A stretch of DNA of 64,000 nucleotides, from the NCBI RefSeq assembly GCF_009914755.1, contig NC_060933.1; one strand, 5' to 3'. Below, piece by piece: positions 30,260 through 43,969 of the stretch. This DNA comes from the human T2T-CHM13v2.0 reference genome, Homo sapiens. The notes under the pieces are model-generated. The model was not told the DNA's origin. It searched no databases and saw only the letters and a program-made list of their open reading frames with translations. The position numbers and the translations under genes were made by a program. Numbering within the stretch: position 1 is the first letter of the stretch; each line of letters opens with the position of its first letter.

Positions 30260-30785
30260 TTCAGTGCTAAAAAGAAATAAGCTATCAAGCCATGAAAAGA
30301 CATGAAAATTAAAGTGCATATTACTAAGTGAAAGAAGTGAATCTCAAGAGCCTAAATATTGTAAGATTTCAACTATATGTCATTCTGGAAAAGCAAAATT
30401 ATGGAGACAATAAGGAGGTCAGTGGTTACCAGGAGTTGGGGATTGGGGAAGAGATGAATAGGCAGAACACAGAGAATTCTGAGGGAGGTGAAATTACTTT
30501 GTATGATACTATAATGATGGATACATGTTATTACCCACATATCCAAACCCAAAGAATATATAAGCCAAGAATGAACCCTAATGTAATCTATGGACTCTGG
30601 ATGCTTATGATGTGTCAGTGTAAGTTTATCAGTTGCAATACTGCACCACTCTGGTGGGGGATATTGTTACTGGGGAAGGCTCTGCATATGTATGGGCAGT
30701 GGGTATATGAGAAATATCTAAACCTTCCTCCCAATTTTGCTGTAAACCTAAATCTGCTTTATTATTAAGTCTTAATAATAAAAGA
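30260..30785 (+). mobile_element. L1M (L1MC-like) 3'UTR fragment
   Basis: gctatcaagccatgaaaagacatg...gaatgaaccctaatgtaatctatggactctgg...ttttgctgtaaacctaaa followed by an A-rich end. Confidence 0.8.
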
Positions 30786-31589
30786 ATGCATTAGTGAATT
30801 CCAGTACTTAAGTGGATTTTTTCATCCCTTCATTTTTCCTCAGTCTCTGGAACTTGTTTCTGTCTTGAATAATTTTAAGCAAGGATTATGGTTGTGTTCT
30901 CTCAGGTCTAAATTTAGCCACCAGATTCAATCATGCTACAAAGCTGTGCAACTGAATTAGTGTTTAGCTGTGATAGAAATCCCTTGGGAATCAAGTTCCA
31001 ATTAGGAAACTTAGATAAGCTTGAGTAACAGTCTTAGGAATAAAATGATTTTTTTCTTTCTTTTTCCATATATAGAATTTTCCCCATCAATACCCACTTT
31101 GATCCACAAAATTTCCTTTACCACACATGGTCTGTCTCTCTTATATTACACATGCTTGAAATTGATCTTATACTTTAATATTATTTTCTTTTTAATAAGC
31201 ATAGTTTTCAGCTGCTGGGAAGAATATAGATCTAATTATTTCCCCTGAGTTTATGTACATTGTGAAAGAAAATTTGCTGTAATTAAATCATTAAAGCACT
31301 ATAACTTGTAGTAACATGAGAACGCAGGAAAGTGAACAGGTTGAATTTGGCCTCCAATATCAAATGGAACTAAATTTGAATTCTAGCTTCACCATCTGAA
31401 ACCTTTTGTCATTTGATAAATTATTTAACTTAAACTCCAATCACTTTAGCTGCAAAAACTGAATAATAGTTGGATCTACTATACATGATATTTACATGGC
31501 TAGTTTTAGGCGATCATGATTAAATGATATGACATATACAGGTGCTTAGTGTATTGCCTGGCATCAAGTGAACACAGTAAAGAGTAAGT

Positions 31590-31728
31590 AACACTGTATC
31601 ATTGTTGTTCAATGTTTTCAGCTTAAAGAACATCCTCCTTCCACACTAGAAAGAGGATGACTGTTGTATGCCTACTATACTTGAGTTTATCCCTGTAGGA
31701 AAGTGAAGAAAACTAGAGCAAAGTAAAA
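31590..31728. repeat. 139-bp direct repeat, copy 2
   Basis: Near-identical to 30121-30259. Confidence 0.95.
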
Positions 31729-32242
31729 ACAGGCACTTAAGCCATATAGCAGAATAGTATGGTGGTTATAAGCTTAGACAACCCAGGTGCAAGTCCCAGC
31801 TCCACTCCTTACTACTCTGAGTTTTGGCAAGTTGCTTAACCTTGCTGTGCTTCATTTTCTCCATTTACAAAATTGGATCCGTAATACTATCTATTGGGTA
31901 GTCGTGAGAATTAAGTAAGATGATATACACAAGGCACTTGGCGCATAGAACTGGCTCATGGAAAGCATTCAAATATTTGAATTACTAATATTCAAGGACA
32001 GTTGAGGAAATCACAGATTGTTAGCCTAACTAAACTCAAGTTTAGATTTGGAGTTCTAGGAAATGTTCAGGAGTTTTGTTCTACTGTATAAAGATGAAGT
32101 TGGCATCTGCTAATAGTTTCTGCCAGCCTTCAAGCCAAACTGACTATATCTGTGTGTTAAGCCTTTACTGACTGCTTAAGAATTATAGAAAATATGAAAG
32201 TTTAACACTTAAGGAATTTGCTATTTAAAGAGACAAGCCTAA

Positions 32243-32620
<378 letters not shown>

Positions 32621-34713
32621 AGAACAGGAAAAATTGAAAGATGAACTTCAATTGTTCAGTGTATGGCAAATAACTAAAAGATTTTGGAAGGTGGTAGAGA
32701 TGGATTCTACTTCTAGTCCAACAGAACAGCAAGAGCAAATGTGTGGGACACGGTGGAACTGGGCCTGGTACGGAGCAGCAGATGAATGATAAACCTTGGG
32801 AGAATCAGAGGATATCTGTGGGCAAATAGTGGGACGTGGGGCTGGGTATGGCTTATGGGGCAACAGAGGACCTGCAGAGAGTCGAGCTTATGGCTCAACT
32901 CACACCCTTCCCCATTTTGCAGATGAGGTGATTGAGGCATGAAAACTATTTCTCTGTGTCATTATTAATTGGAGTCAGAGCTGGTGTTAGGTCCACCTTA
33001 TTAGTCCTGACTCCCTGGCTAGTGAACTTGCAACTGCATCACAGTGTGGGATTAGAGATTACAAAGAACCTGGACTGGGGAAATTAGCTTGCTGCTATCC
33101 CCATGGTAATTTTTCTAATTTTGTAGCTTAATCGCTGCCCTTTTTCTATCCACACCATATTCCCTAAAGCGAAAAAAGCAAAGGTTGATTCATAGGCCAC
33201 TCAAACAAAGGCCTTATCTAAATCCCCATTTGGGAACATTCAACCCCAAACAAGCCATTTGGTTATTAGAGTGATGGCTTAGAATCAGGTATTGATTCCC
33301 AAGCAACGTGTTTTCTATTGTATCACATCACTTGCACTTTTTACTGTGATTTCAAACTCCTCTCTTAAGGGTCTCCTTATTTCTGTCCCTGCCAGGCTAA
33401 ATGGCCCAGTTTTGTTTTGTTTGGTTTTCCTACGGTGTATTTTTCTCTCTCACTTTTACCAACTACCTCAAGATCAATGACACATTATCCTCTTCCACTT
33501 AAATGAGGCTCTCAGGATTGCTCTCCCTGTAGCTCCCTAAGATCTGCTGGTTTGGAGTTTATATTCTGTTGGGTTGTGTTCCTGAATTATGTTGGTCATT
33601 AGAGTAGAAAGACGTTTCCCTTCTACTCTGAGTTACCTCCGGCTTAAAGGTTGCAGATCTTATTGCTGCAGGAGTCCTTTCTTGATAAAAGCTGGAGATT
33701 TACCTCCTTGGAGATCCCTGTTTGCTGCTACATTCTTGTACATTTTCACCTTTACATTTTTCAGTTTTCCCTTCCTGCCTCTGTCTGCCCAGCAGGCTCT
33801 CAATGAAGAAAGGAGCAGCAGGAGAGTCAGGTAAATCCTGTCCATTAACACACCCAAGGTTTATTTTAGATGGCTATGCTGGGAAGAGGAGGCAGGTCAG
33901 AAACCGTAGGCAAAATGCAAAAGCAGATAGTGTGTTCCGTGACTGAAGTTACAGGGATTTAGGAAAGTTTCTCTGATACGTTTTTCCCCCTCATCAGCTT
34001 TAATCTCTCTCCTTCACCTCTGAGTGGGTGTTAATTACTTCAGAGTTCTTTTCTTACCTCACCTCCTCCTCCTCTTCTTCCCTCCTTTAGTGGAGGGTAA
34101 ATAGGAATTAGTGGGGAATAATTATCTCATCTTCTCTTTCACCATTTATTACCAGCCCACTTCCCTCTAGAATCTGATATACTACTTGTATGTTGCAAAT
34201 TGCTCCAGAGTGCCTGGAAGAAACATATAATGTTCACATGAATAGCTTATGCGGTCAGTATTAGAGTTGAGAGAGTAAATACATGTATGTACACTAAATC
34301 GGAGATCTCTTTCACTGGATATATTTAAACTGGGGGACAAAAGGCTTGTAGATTCTCTTTTGCTGATCCTATTTGATGCCATTTAACACATGGTTTGTAT
34401 GACAATGTCCTCTTTTCCTCTGACTTTAAGCTGCTTTTATCACCTTAGTGAAGCTTCCAATTTCTCTACCTTTACTTGTTACTATTGAATCTTTTACTCA
34501 TAAATCTCTTCCTTTCTGTTCAATTTTTGGTCAATAAGGTCAGCATATGTTTATTCATGAATTGTATTTATTCTGTGTGTTTACTTTTAAGAACTTTATG
34601 TACGGAAGCATGTTGTGTTATTATAAGTCATACTAGCATGGTGAGAAATTGAACGTGGTTACCTGGCTTGCAGCATCTGGCTCTTCTGACTTATAGTCAA
34701 GTTGATCTTCTTG

Positions 34714-35086
34714 GGGTAGAATGATGGGTACCTGAAGCTGGGAAGGGTAGTGGGGGCAGTGGACAGGGGTGAGAGATGTGGGAATGGTTAATGGGTCTAA
34801 AAATATAGTTACATAGAATGAATAAGATCAGGTATTTGTTAGTACAACAGAGTGATTATTTTATATAATAATTTATTGTACATTTTAAAATATAATTTTA
34901 CATTTTAAAATGGCTAAAAGTATAATTGGAATGTTTGTAACTAAAAAAATGATAAATGCTTGAGGTGATGGATACCCCATTTACCAGGATGTGGTTATTA
35001 CACGTTGTATGCTTGTTTCAAAATATCTTATATACCCTGTACATATGTAGACATACTACATACCCATAAAAATTAAAAATGAAAAA
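34714..35086 (+). mobile_element. L1MA/L1PB 3' end fragment
   Basis: gtagaatgatgggtacctgaagctgggaagggtag...gataaatgcttgaggtgatggataccccattt...cccataaaaattaaaaa. Confidence 0.85.
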
Positions 35087-38000
35087 GATGTGCTCTTCAC
35101 TGAGCCTGTTCCTTAAGTCTTAAGAGCATTCAGAGAAGTGGTGTTCTTTGGCAGACTGAGGGGCAGTTCTGGAGAGAAGGAAGTGCACTGGGCTTGGAAA
35201 TATGTAAAGGCAAGAGAAGCAACTGTTCAGGGAGAGGCACTATGCTGGTTTTCACTGCCAGGTGAAAAAGAAAGTCAGGGAGGAGAAGAGCACAGGTCAC
35301 AAGGAATGGAAGTTGGAGGGACAAGAAATACATAGTTGGATAGGAATCGATGGAAGAAGGAAAGATTAAAACAGGAGAATGTAAAGTATAGTTAGGGACA
35401 CTGATAGCCCATACTTTGCCTTGGGTAAATTAGAAAAGGATGCCAGTTCCTCTGGGTGGAGGTGGTCCTGTGTTGGGGTGTACAGCTTCGTGAGCAGAGA
35501 GTAGGCTGCTTTTTAGCTTTCATTTGCCTCCTTAGTTGGGTGTCCTTGTGCAAGGCATAGCCTGCATACTGGACATGGCAGCCTGGGGTGAACTGCTCAA
35601 GAATATCCTCTAAAGAGCAGTCTACAGCTTCTAGTATGTGGTACCACTAGAAAATAACTAGAGGCTAAAATGTAATGCAAGAAAATAGTTTGCCTCTGAA
35701 ATAGTCATAATGTTTCTTTCCATAATGTATTAGGGTTTACAAATTTCCTAAACATCCATGCCTGATTTGATTCCCAAAACAGCCCTGACTGTACTGTCAT
35801 ACCCACTGTGTAAATGAACAGACAGGTTCAAGTTATCAGGTTATTCACAAATAATAAGCAAGTGGCAGATGCAGGATTTAAATCCAGATCCTCTGACTAA
35901 AATCCTGAGCTTTTCTGCTGTACCAGGCTACCTACACAGCACAGAGATAGCATCGATGAGGCTGTGTGTGTGAATTATCATTATTACCCCTCATGCATAT
36001 GGGCAACTAAGTTATGCACATCCAGTCATTAAGACAGCTCTGTCATCTTGTACCATCTTGTCTGTCCTAGTATTATTTCCCATAATATGGAAAGTAGGCT
36101 ATGGGTCAATACAGATCAGAGTTCTTGCCACTGAGGTGATTTTGAGAAATGAATTCCTGTGCCTCAATTTCCTCATTTGCAAACTGAGGTCAGTATTATC
36201 TACATCATAACTCACTGGGTTGTTAAAAGTCATGGTCATATTTCTGAATGTTAACATTTATAAGACAGGCTATATTTCACTTACTGCTGTATCCCAAAGA
36301 TTAGTGTAGTACCTGGCACCAACAGGTGTTTTATATCTATCTATCTGCCTGCTTGTCTATTGAAAGAATTAATGAATTTAAAGGTTTACTGCATGCTGGG
36401 TGCTGTACTAAATGCTTTACAAATATTATTTATTTCTCATCACAGAGATGCAGGATAGATAGGACAACCTCCATTTCACAAGTAAGGAAATCAAGATACA
36501 AGATTGGTCCTAAATCTTATGCTCTTAGCTACCAGAATTATTAAATTTGAACCCCAGCCCTGGCTCTCACTAGCTGTGTGACCTCTGTTGAGTTACTTCA
36601 CTCATTAGCACCAGGCACTCTGATATGTGTGCCACATCTGTTGCCTGATTTAATGCTCACAAAGTGCCTGTGAAGCAGGAATTATCACCCTCCAGTGACA
36701 GAGGATGACTAAGGCTCAGAGAAGATAATACCTTACCAGGATGATAAAGCTAAAAAGTGGCAGAACTAGGATTTGAACCTGTGTATTTCCATTTCAAATT
36801 TCATGTTTTTTCCCCAGGGTTTGGTAGGATTAAAGTTGGCTCTTCATGAAATGTGACCACTTCTGTGTGCCTATCCTACCAATGGGACATAGTTGTCTTT
36901 TCATATTAAGGGAAGAGGTCTCCAGCAACTGTTTTTACCATTAGAACTCATTATAACTATTTACTTAATGCTTTCTAAGTATCATTTTTTTCATGTTGTC
37001 TAAGTATCATGTTTAATGATACCAATGTCTTCAAAGGGTGAAGAAATATAGATTATTTCACAACAAATACATGAAAAAAAAACTACCCATTGCAAAATTA
37101 ATTAGTTTGCCATGAGGCCTCTTGGGATGAATACATTATAAAGACAGAACTGTGTTCACCACCATATGGAATGTTAGCCACTTTGGCTGCGCCTCTACAT
37201 CCTTGGAAAGAAGCCAGTGGCATTGTCTCCCATGCGGTGAGACCTGTGAGAGTGTGCATTGCCAGAGCTAATGAGGGGTGTGTGCTTAAAGGAGAAAATG
37301 TCACCACCCAAAGACATGAAGGAGAGAGAGAATCTGACTAGTTGGTCCTCAGAAACTGGGCTTACAGTTCTTTACAAACTAAAGCTTTTCATATTTGTTT
37401 ACTCTATAGACATTTAAAAAGCTATCATGATTTTTAGATTTAGACTGGAAGAAAAGATAAATTCTCATTGAGTATAGGTTCCTTTTCCCCTTCAGGATTG
37501 ACAGTGTGGTGAGGAGGTAGTCAGATAAGATGCCAGGGAGTGATTGCAAAAAGAATGAATCGACAGTGTGTTACACTCAAATTGAGAGTGTTGCCATTAT
37601 ATTGCCATTTTACTTCCAGGTAAGCATGGAAATGTAAACCAAGAGTTATATATAATTGGCCAATGGAGTGACTATATTTTAGAAGTTAATACATTTTTAG
37701 GTTCACAGCAAAATGGAGCCAAAAGTACAGAGTTATCATATACTCCTTATTCCCACACATGCACAGTCTCCCTAGAATGGCCATTTTGAACTAAAAGATG
37801 AAAGTAGATGTGGTTTCAGAACTAAGGACTGAGGGCCTGGAATCTAGACCTGAATCTGGAATCAGCTAGAGTCTATGATCTGAAACAGCTGGAGAGCCTT
37901 TCCCTATTCTGTACCTCAACTGCTCACAGGAACAAGTGGAATAAGCATCTGCCACAAATTGCCATTCGATGGAGTTAATAAGACAAAGCTTGTGAATCTA

Positions 38001-41000
38001 TAACCTCCTCAAATGAGAGGGATAGTATGAGTACAAAAGGAACTAGAAAGGTATCATTACTTCCCTATCCACCTACATCCCTCTCTACTCCCCACTTTGT
38101 GTCACCAAAAGGACTAAGGTTTTAAACATTCTCATAAAAATTGCTTTTGAAGAATAGATTCTGTTTTTTTCTAGGGAAACAGAAAATAAGGTGAATAAGT
38201 AGAGAAAGTGGATTGCTGAAATGTACAGAAGCCAATTTGAGTTTTATTCATTCAGCAAATGTTTGTAGAGGTCTACTGTGTACTAGACTCTGGTTGTTAC
38301 TGAGCAGAAAAGTTGTAGGTATTTGAAAAGCCAGCAAGGATAAAATAGCCTTGAATCGTTAGGGTGGAAATCGGTATGCAAAATGTTCTTCATATCTTTA
38401 CACGTATTGGCAAGTGGCTAAAAGGCAGCAGAAGATGCCTTACGTTTTTACAAAACAGGCTGTCTCCACAAGGACTTTCCCCCACTTAAATAGCTCTTCA
38501 TCATCTCATCTGTTGTGGAAGACTAAATAGCCCCTTCTAGAAGGTACAATATGCAGCTATTTAATGACACATAATAACCTAACAGAAGCCAGTAAAATTG
38601 TTATACCCTTAGATAGTGTGGAGCAGAATAGGGATAAAAAGATAATAACCAATTACTTACAATGGAACTTGGCCAATGAGTTGTGGGGAGGATGATTTTT
38701 GTGAAAAGCATAATAAGACTTACTGAACTCCCACAGTTTGGTGTGTATGTACTCTGTCTAGTCTAGTAGGAAGGACAGTACAGTACTAGGATGATAAACT
38801 AACTGGCAATAGCAAGATGCAAGGCAGATGTGAGAAAGAGGTGGAAAGTGTGCTCTGTGAGATAAGCGACCTCAAGGTCTGCCAGAAGGCAACACTCTCT
38901 GCTTAGAGGTCTCATGATGATGACGCCTAGCAGGAATCCTGTGACAAAAGGATCCGAATATGGAAGTTTCTGTTTGGAAGAAAATATGACATTTCTGTAT
39001 AATTTAACTCTATGTAGGAGTGTCATATTCTTTCAATATGAATTCCTTGACTAGAAAATAAACATTAATTACCAACCGTGAAGAACATGGCATGTTATAC
39101 ATTGTGAAGAGAGATCAGTCTCCTAGGAGAATCTATGGAAATCTCCTCTGGCAAAAGGGAAGATTCCACACTGTGAAAGTATTGGCTATGTTTCATGTTA
39201 TTTAATCATTAGCATCATAAATTCTTAATGACTAGGAGGGTTGATATAACAAAAATAGCTGTAATTTATTGAGCATCCTCGTTATGCCAGTCACTGGGGT
39301 AAGCATTTGATGTGAATTATCTTATTTAATTCTGGGCACGATCTATGAAGTAGACATTATTACCAATGGAGGATTAGAGAGATTAAGTACTTTGCCAAAA
39401 ACCACACTGCAAATGGCAAATCTTACTACTCCCTGTTAGATGAAATTGAACTGAAGTAAAACTCAAGTTCTTAACAATAATGGTGCATTTTTCCTAACAT
39501 ATGATAAGCAGGAGGATTCTATGTTGTATATGGATGAGTATTTAAAAACATTTATTGAACAAGGCTTAGAAAAGAATCCAACCCTTAGTTCTTAGAATGA
39601 GACTAAGTAAAAATAGTAGATTGAAAGTTAATTATCTAGCAATAGGATGGACATGGGAAAGACGTAAAGAAGTATGTGAGTAACTGAGATTGGAAAACTG
39701 CATGAAAACACACATCTTTACCTGAACCTCCGTCACTGACACCTTCTATTCCCACACTCCCTAGAATTTCAGTCCCTATATCCACCCAGTGATTCCCCAC
39801 CCCAGATCAACCCCATTGTTGACTTTCTCTACTGCTGCTCCTTTGTTGCCTAACAATATAGAAAATAAAATGCATAACCCTGCTAATTGGCCAGATCACT
39901 GCAGATTTCTCATTCTTGGGCCCAATTGGTTCTCCCTGTTCAGCCAATCTACTTTTTATCTTCCAGTGTCTAGTCCAAACCATTACCAGTTTTCTGAATC
40001 CAAATCTATCTGATCATCTCTCTCACTAGGTGATCCCAACTTTCTCCTTCACCAAGAGAATATCTCATTAGACTTTATCTTACACGTAAGTGAAAGGAGG
40101 TACAGAAAGTTTAAGTAACTTGCCCAAAGTCTTACTGCTAATAATAGTAGAGCAGAGATTCAAACTTTGTCATTCTAGCTATAGACTTTGCCCTATTAAC
40201 CATTATACCATTCTGCCTCTCTCTGGTCATGCATTTTGAGTGACTTAATACAAAAAATGAGTAGATGGGTTAAAGACCCATCAGAACTTGAAACTTGTGC
40301 TGTTTCTGGCCTATAGTAGCCAGGACAGCTAGGCTTGTACTTAAATGTGGCCTGACCCCACATGCTTTTGTTTGGACTTGGTTTTATTTGGATGGCCCTT
40401 TCATCAGGGATAAGAGGAACTCCTACGAGGAATTTCCTCTGTGATTAGTCTTTGCTTTGTCCCAGCTTGCTGTGTGGCCACAATAGATGCTCCCCGTATC
40501 TTCGCCTGCTTCAGCTAGTTCTTCTACATTCCCTATTTAACTTGAGGACATTCACCCAGATAAGAATTCAGGAATAGTCCCAGAATCCTTCCAGTTCTCT
40601 CCTAAAACTCACTCTCTTGAATCTGTCTCCTTTTTTCATTTTCCACTGTTGTTTCTTTAATTCCTTCATTTGGCTGCTGCTGCTTTTTTTTTCCCCTTGG
40701 CATTAAGGATTCAGTGATGAACAGGACAGACAAAGCCCCTGTCCTCAAGGAGTTCCCATTATAGTGGGCAGAGGATGCAACTGAGATCAGATTGTGATAA
40801 GTACTATGACAAGTGTTATGAGTGAGAAAAGCAAACTCCAGAGAGTGGGGTATAGTGGGTTGGCCTGAGGGTATTAAAAGCTTCTGTGAGGTAGATGTTC
40901 ATAAATTTATTGTGCAACTAGAGATCCAAGTTCAGTGATTTTTTTTTTTCTCTTGTAACATTTGCCTGGTTGGATGAGGCACGGAGAAAGTGGATGGATC

Positions 41001-41276
41001 AATGGCTTTCTTCATTTCCTCGTCATCTCTTATTTGGCCCCATTACATCCAGTTCCTGCCTGTCTACAACTCCATATTAATGCCAGCATGTTCTTTGTAA
41101 AACACAGTTGTGTCATATTGTTGCTCTAACTAGAAATTTCTAATGCCCTCTACTTATAGCATTGGTTTCCAGACTTAAGTCTATCAAATCATCTAGAGAG
41201 ATTACCAGACAGACTAGAGGCTGCCTCTTCATCCTTCATGTCTTTGTCAACTTCTTCTTCTGTAGGTCTGGGGTGG

Positions 41277-42644
41277 TGCTATGGGCTGCATTGTGTCTTT
41301 CCTCCAGTTCATATATCGAAGCCCTAACACTTCATCTCTCAGAATGTGACTCTGTTTTAAGCCAGGGCCTCTAAAGAACTAAAGAGCTTCTGCACAGCAA
41401 AATAAACTACCATTAGAGTGAACAGGCAACCTACAGAATGGGAGAAAATTTTTACAATCTACCCATCTGACAAAGGGCTAATATCCAGAATCTACAAAGA
41501 ACTTAAACAAATTTACAAGAAAAAAATCAAACGACCCCATCAAAAAGTGGGCGAAGGATATGAACAGACACTTCTCTGAAGAAGACATTTATGCAGCCAA
41601 CAGACACATGAAAAAATGCTCATCATCACTGGCCATCAGAGAAATGCAAATCAAAACCACAATGAGATACCATCTCACACCAGTTAGAATGGCGATCATT
41701 AAAAAGTCAGGAAACAACAGATGCTGGAGAGGATGTGGAGAAATAGGAACACTTTTACACTGTTGGTGGAACTGTAAACTAGTTCAACCATTGTGGAAGA
41801 CAGTGTGGTGATTCCTCATGGATGTAGAACTAGAAATAACATTTGACCCAGCCATCTCATTACTGGGTATATACCCAAAGGATTATAAATCACGCTGCTA
41901 TAAAGACACATGCACACGTATGTTTATTGTGGCACTATTCACAATAGCAAAGACTTGGTCTATCAATGATAGACTGGATTAAGAAAATGTGGCACACATA
42001 TACCATGGAATACTATGCAGTCATAAAAAAGGATGAGTTCACGTCCTTTGTAGGGACATGGATGAAGCTGGAAACCATTATTCTCAGCAAACTATCATAA
42101 GGACAGAAAACCAAACACCGCATGTTCTCACTCATAGGTGGGAATTGAACAAAGAGAACACCTGGATACAGGGTGGGGAACATCACACACCGGGGCCTTT
42201 TGGGGGTGGGGAGCGGGGAGGGATAGCATTAGGAGAAATCCCTAATGTAAATGACGAATTAATGGGTGCAGCACACCAACATGGCACATGTATACATATG
42301 TAACAAACCTGCATGTAGTGCACATGTGCCCTAGAACTTAAAGTATAATAATAAAGAAGTAATTAAGTTAAATGGGGTCATTGGAGTCAGCCCTAATCCA
42401 ATGATGGGTGTCCTTGTAAGAAGAGATTAGGACACAGAGACACACAGACTAAGGGGTGACCATGTGAAGACACAGTGAGAAAGCAGCCATCTCAACCCAA
42501 GGAGAGAGGTCTCAGAAAAAAACCAAACCTATTGACACATTAACCTTGGACTTCCAGCCTCTAGAACTATGAGAAGATTAATTTCTGTTCTTGAGGCCAT
42601 CCAGTCTGTGACATTTTGTGATGGCAGCCCTAGCAGGCAAATAC
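41277..42644 (+). mobile_element. MaLR solo LTR (MLT1B/C-like) split by an L1PA insertion
   Basis: tgctatgggctg...cagggcctctaaagaa [L1] gtaattaagttaaatggggtcatt...ggacttccagcctctagaactatgag...gcaaataca. Confidence 0.82.
41379..42351 (+). mobile_element. 5'-truncated L1PA (about L1PA5-6), ~970 bp
   Basis: ORF2 C-terminal fragment (ORF 41560-41811) plus 3'UTR; short TSD taaagaa at 41372-41378 / 42352-42358. Confidence 0.92.
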
Positions 42645-42647
42645 AGT

Positions 42648-42723
42648 TGGGATCTGAGAATCTGCATTTCTAACATTTTCAGTTGATGTTGATGGTCTAG
42701 AGACCACACTTTGAAAACTACTG
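42648..42723. mobile_element. MER5A-like hAT MITE fragment
   Basis: aatctgcatttctaaca...ggtctagagaccacactttgaaaactactg. Confidence 0.7.
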
Positions 42724-42943
42724 GTCTGAAGAACATTTTGCTAAATCCTTCATAAACTGGTCTATGTCCAATTTCATTTCCCCACCTTCTCATTCACTTA
42801 TATAATAGTGTTCTAACCAACCACACTACTCACAGCACTTTCAACATGCCAAATACTTTTTCATCTGTTACCTCTGCTCATGCTGTTTCTCTTGCCTTAA
42901 TACTTATTCCCCTTTCTCACCATGGTGAGAAAGTCCAGACCTA

Positions 42944-43675
<732 letters not shown>

Positions 43676-43680
43676 TGTCA

Positions 43681-43969
43681 GGCCAGATGTGGTGGCTCAT
43701 GCCTACCATCCCAGCGCTTTGGGAGGTCAAGACAGAAGGATGGCTTGAGACCAGCCTGGGCAACATGGCAAGACCCTATTTCTACCAAAAAAAAAAAAAA
43801 AACGAAAATAGCCAAATATGCTGGCAAGTGCCTGTGGTCCCAGCTGCTCAGGAGGCTGAGGCAGGAGGACCCCTTGAGCCCAGGAGGTTGAAGCTGTACT
43901 GAGCCATGATGGCACCACTGCATTCTAGCTTGGGTGATAGAGCAACAGCCTGTCTCAAAAGAAAAAAAA
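43681..43969 (+). mobile_element. AluJ
   Basis: cttgagcccaggaggttgaagctg diagnostics; small deletion in the left arm. Confidence 0.88.

Noticed and set aside
30328-30768. 146-aa ORF
   Set aside because: Lies wholly within an old L1 3'UTR fragment; chance ORF.
33796-33830. Possible 35-nt micro-exon (cag|gctctc...gtcag|gtaaat)
   Set aside because: Splice-like signals only; no recognisable protein and no partner exons.
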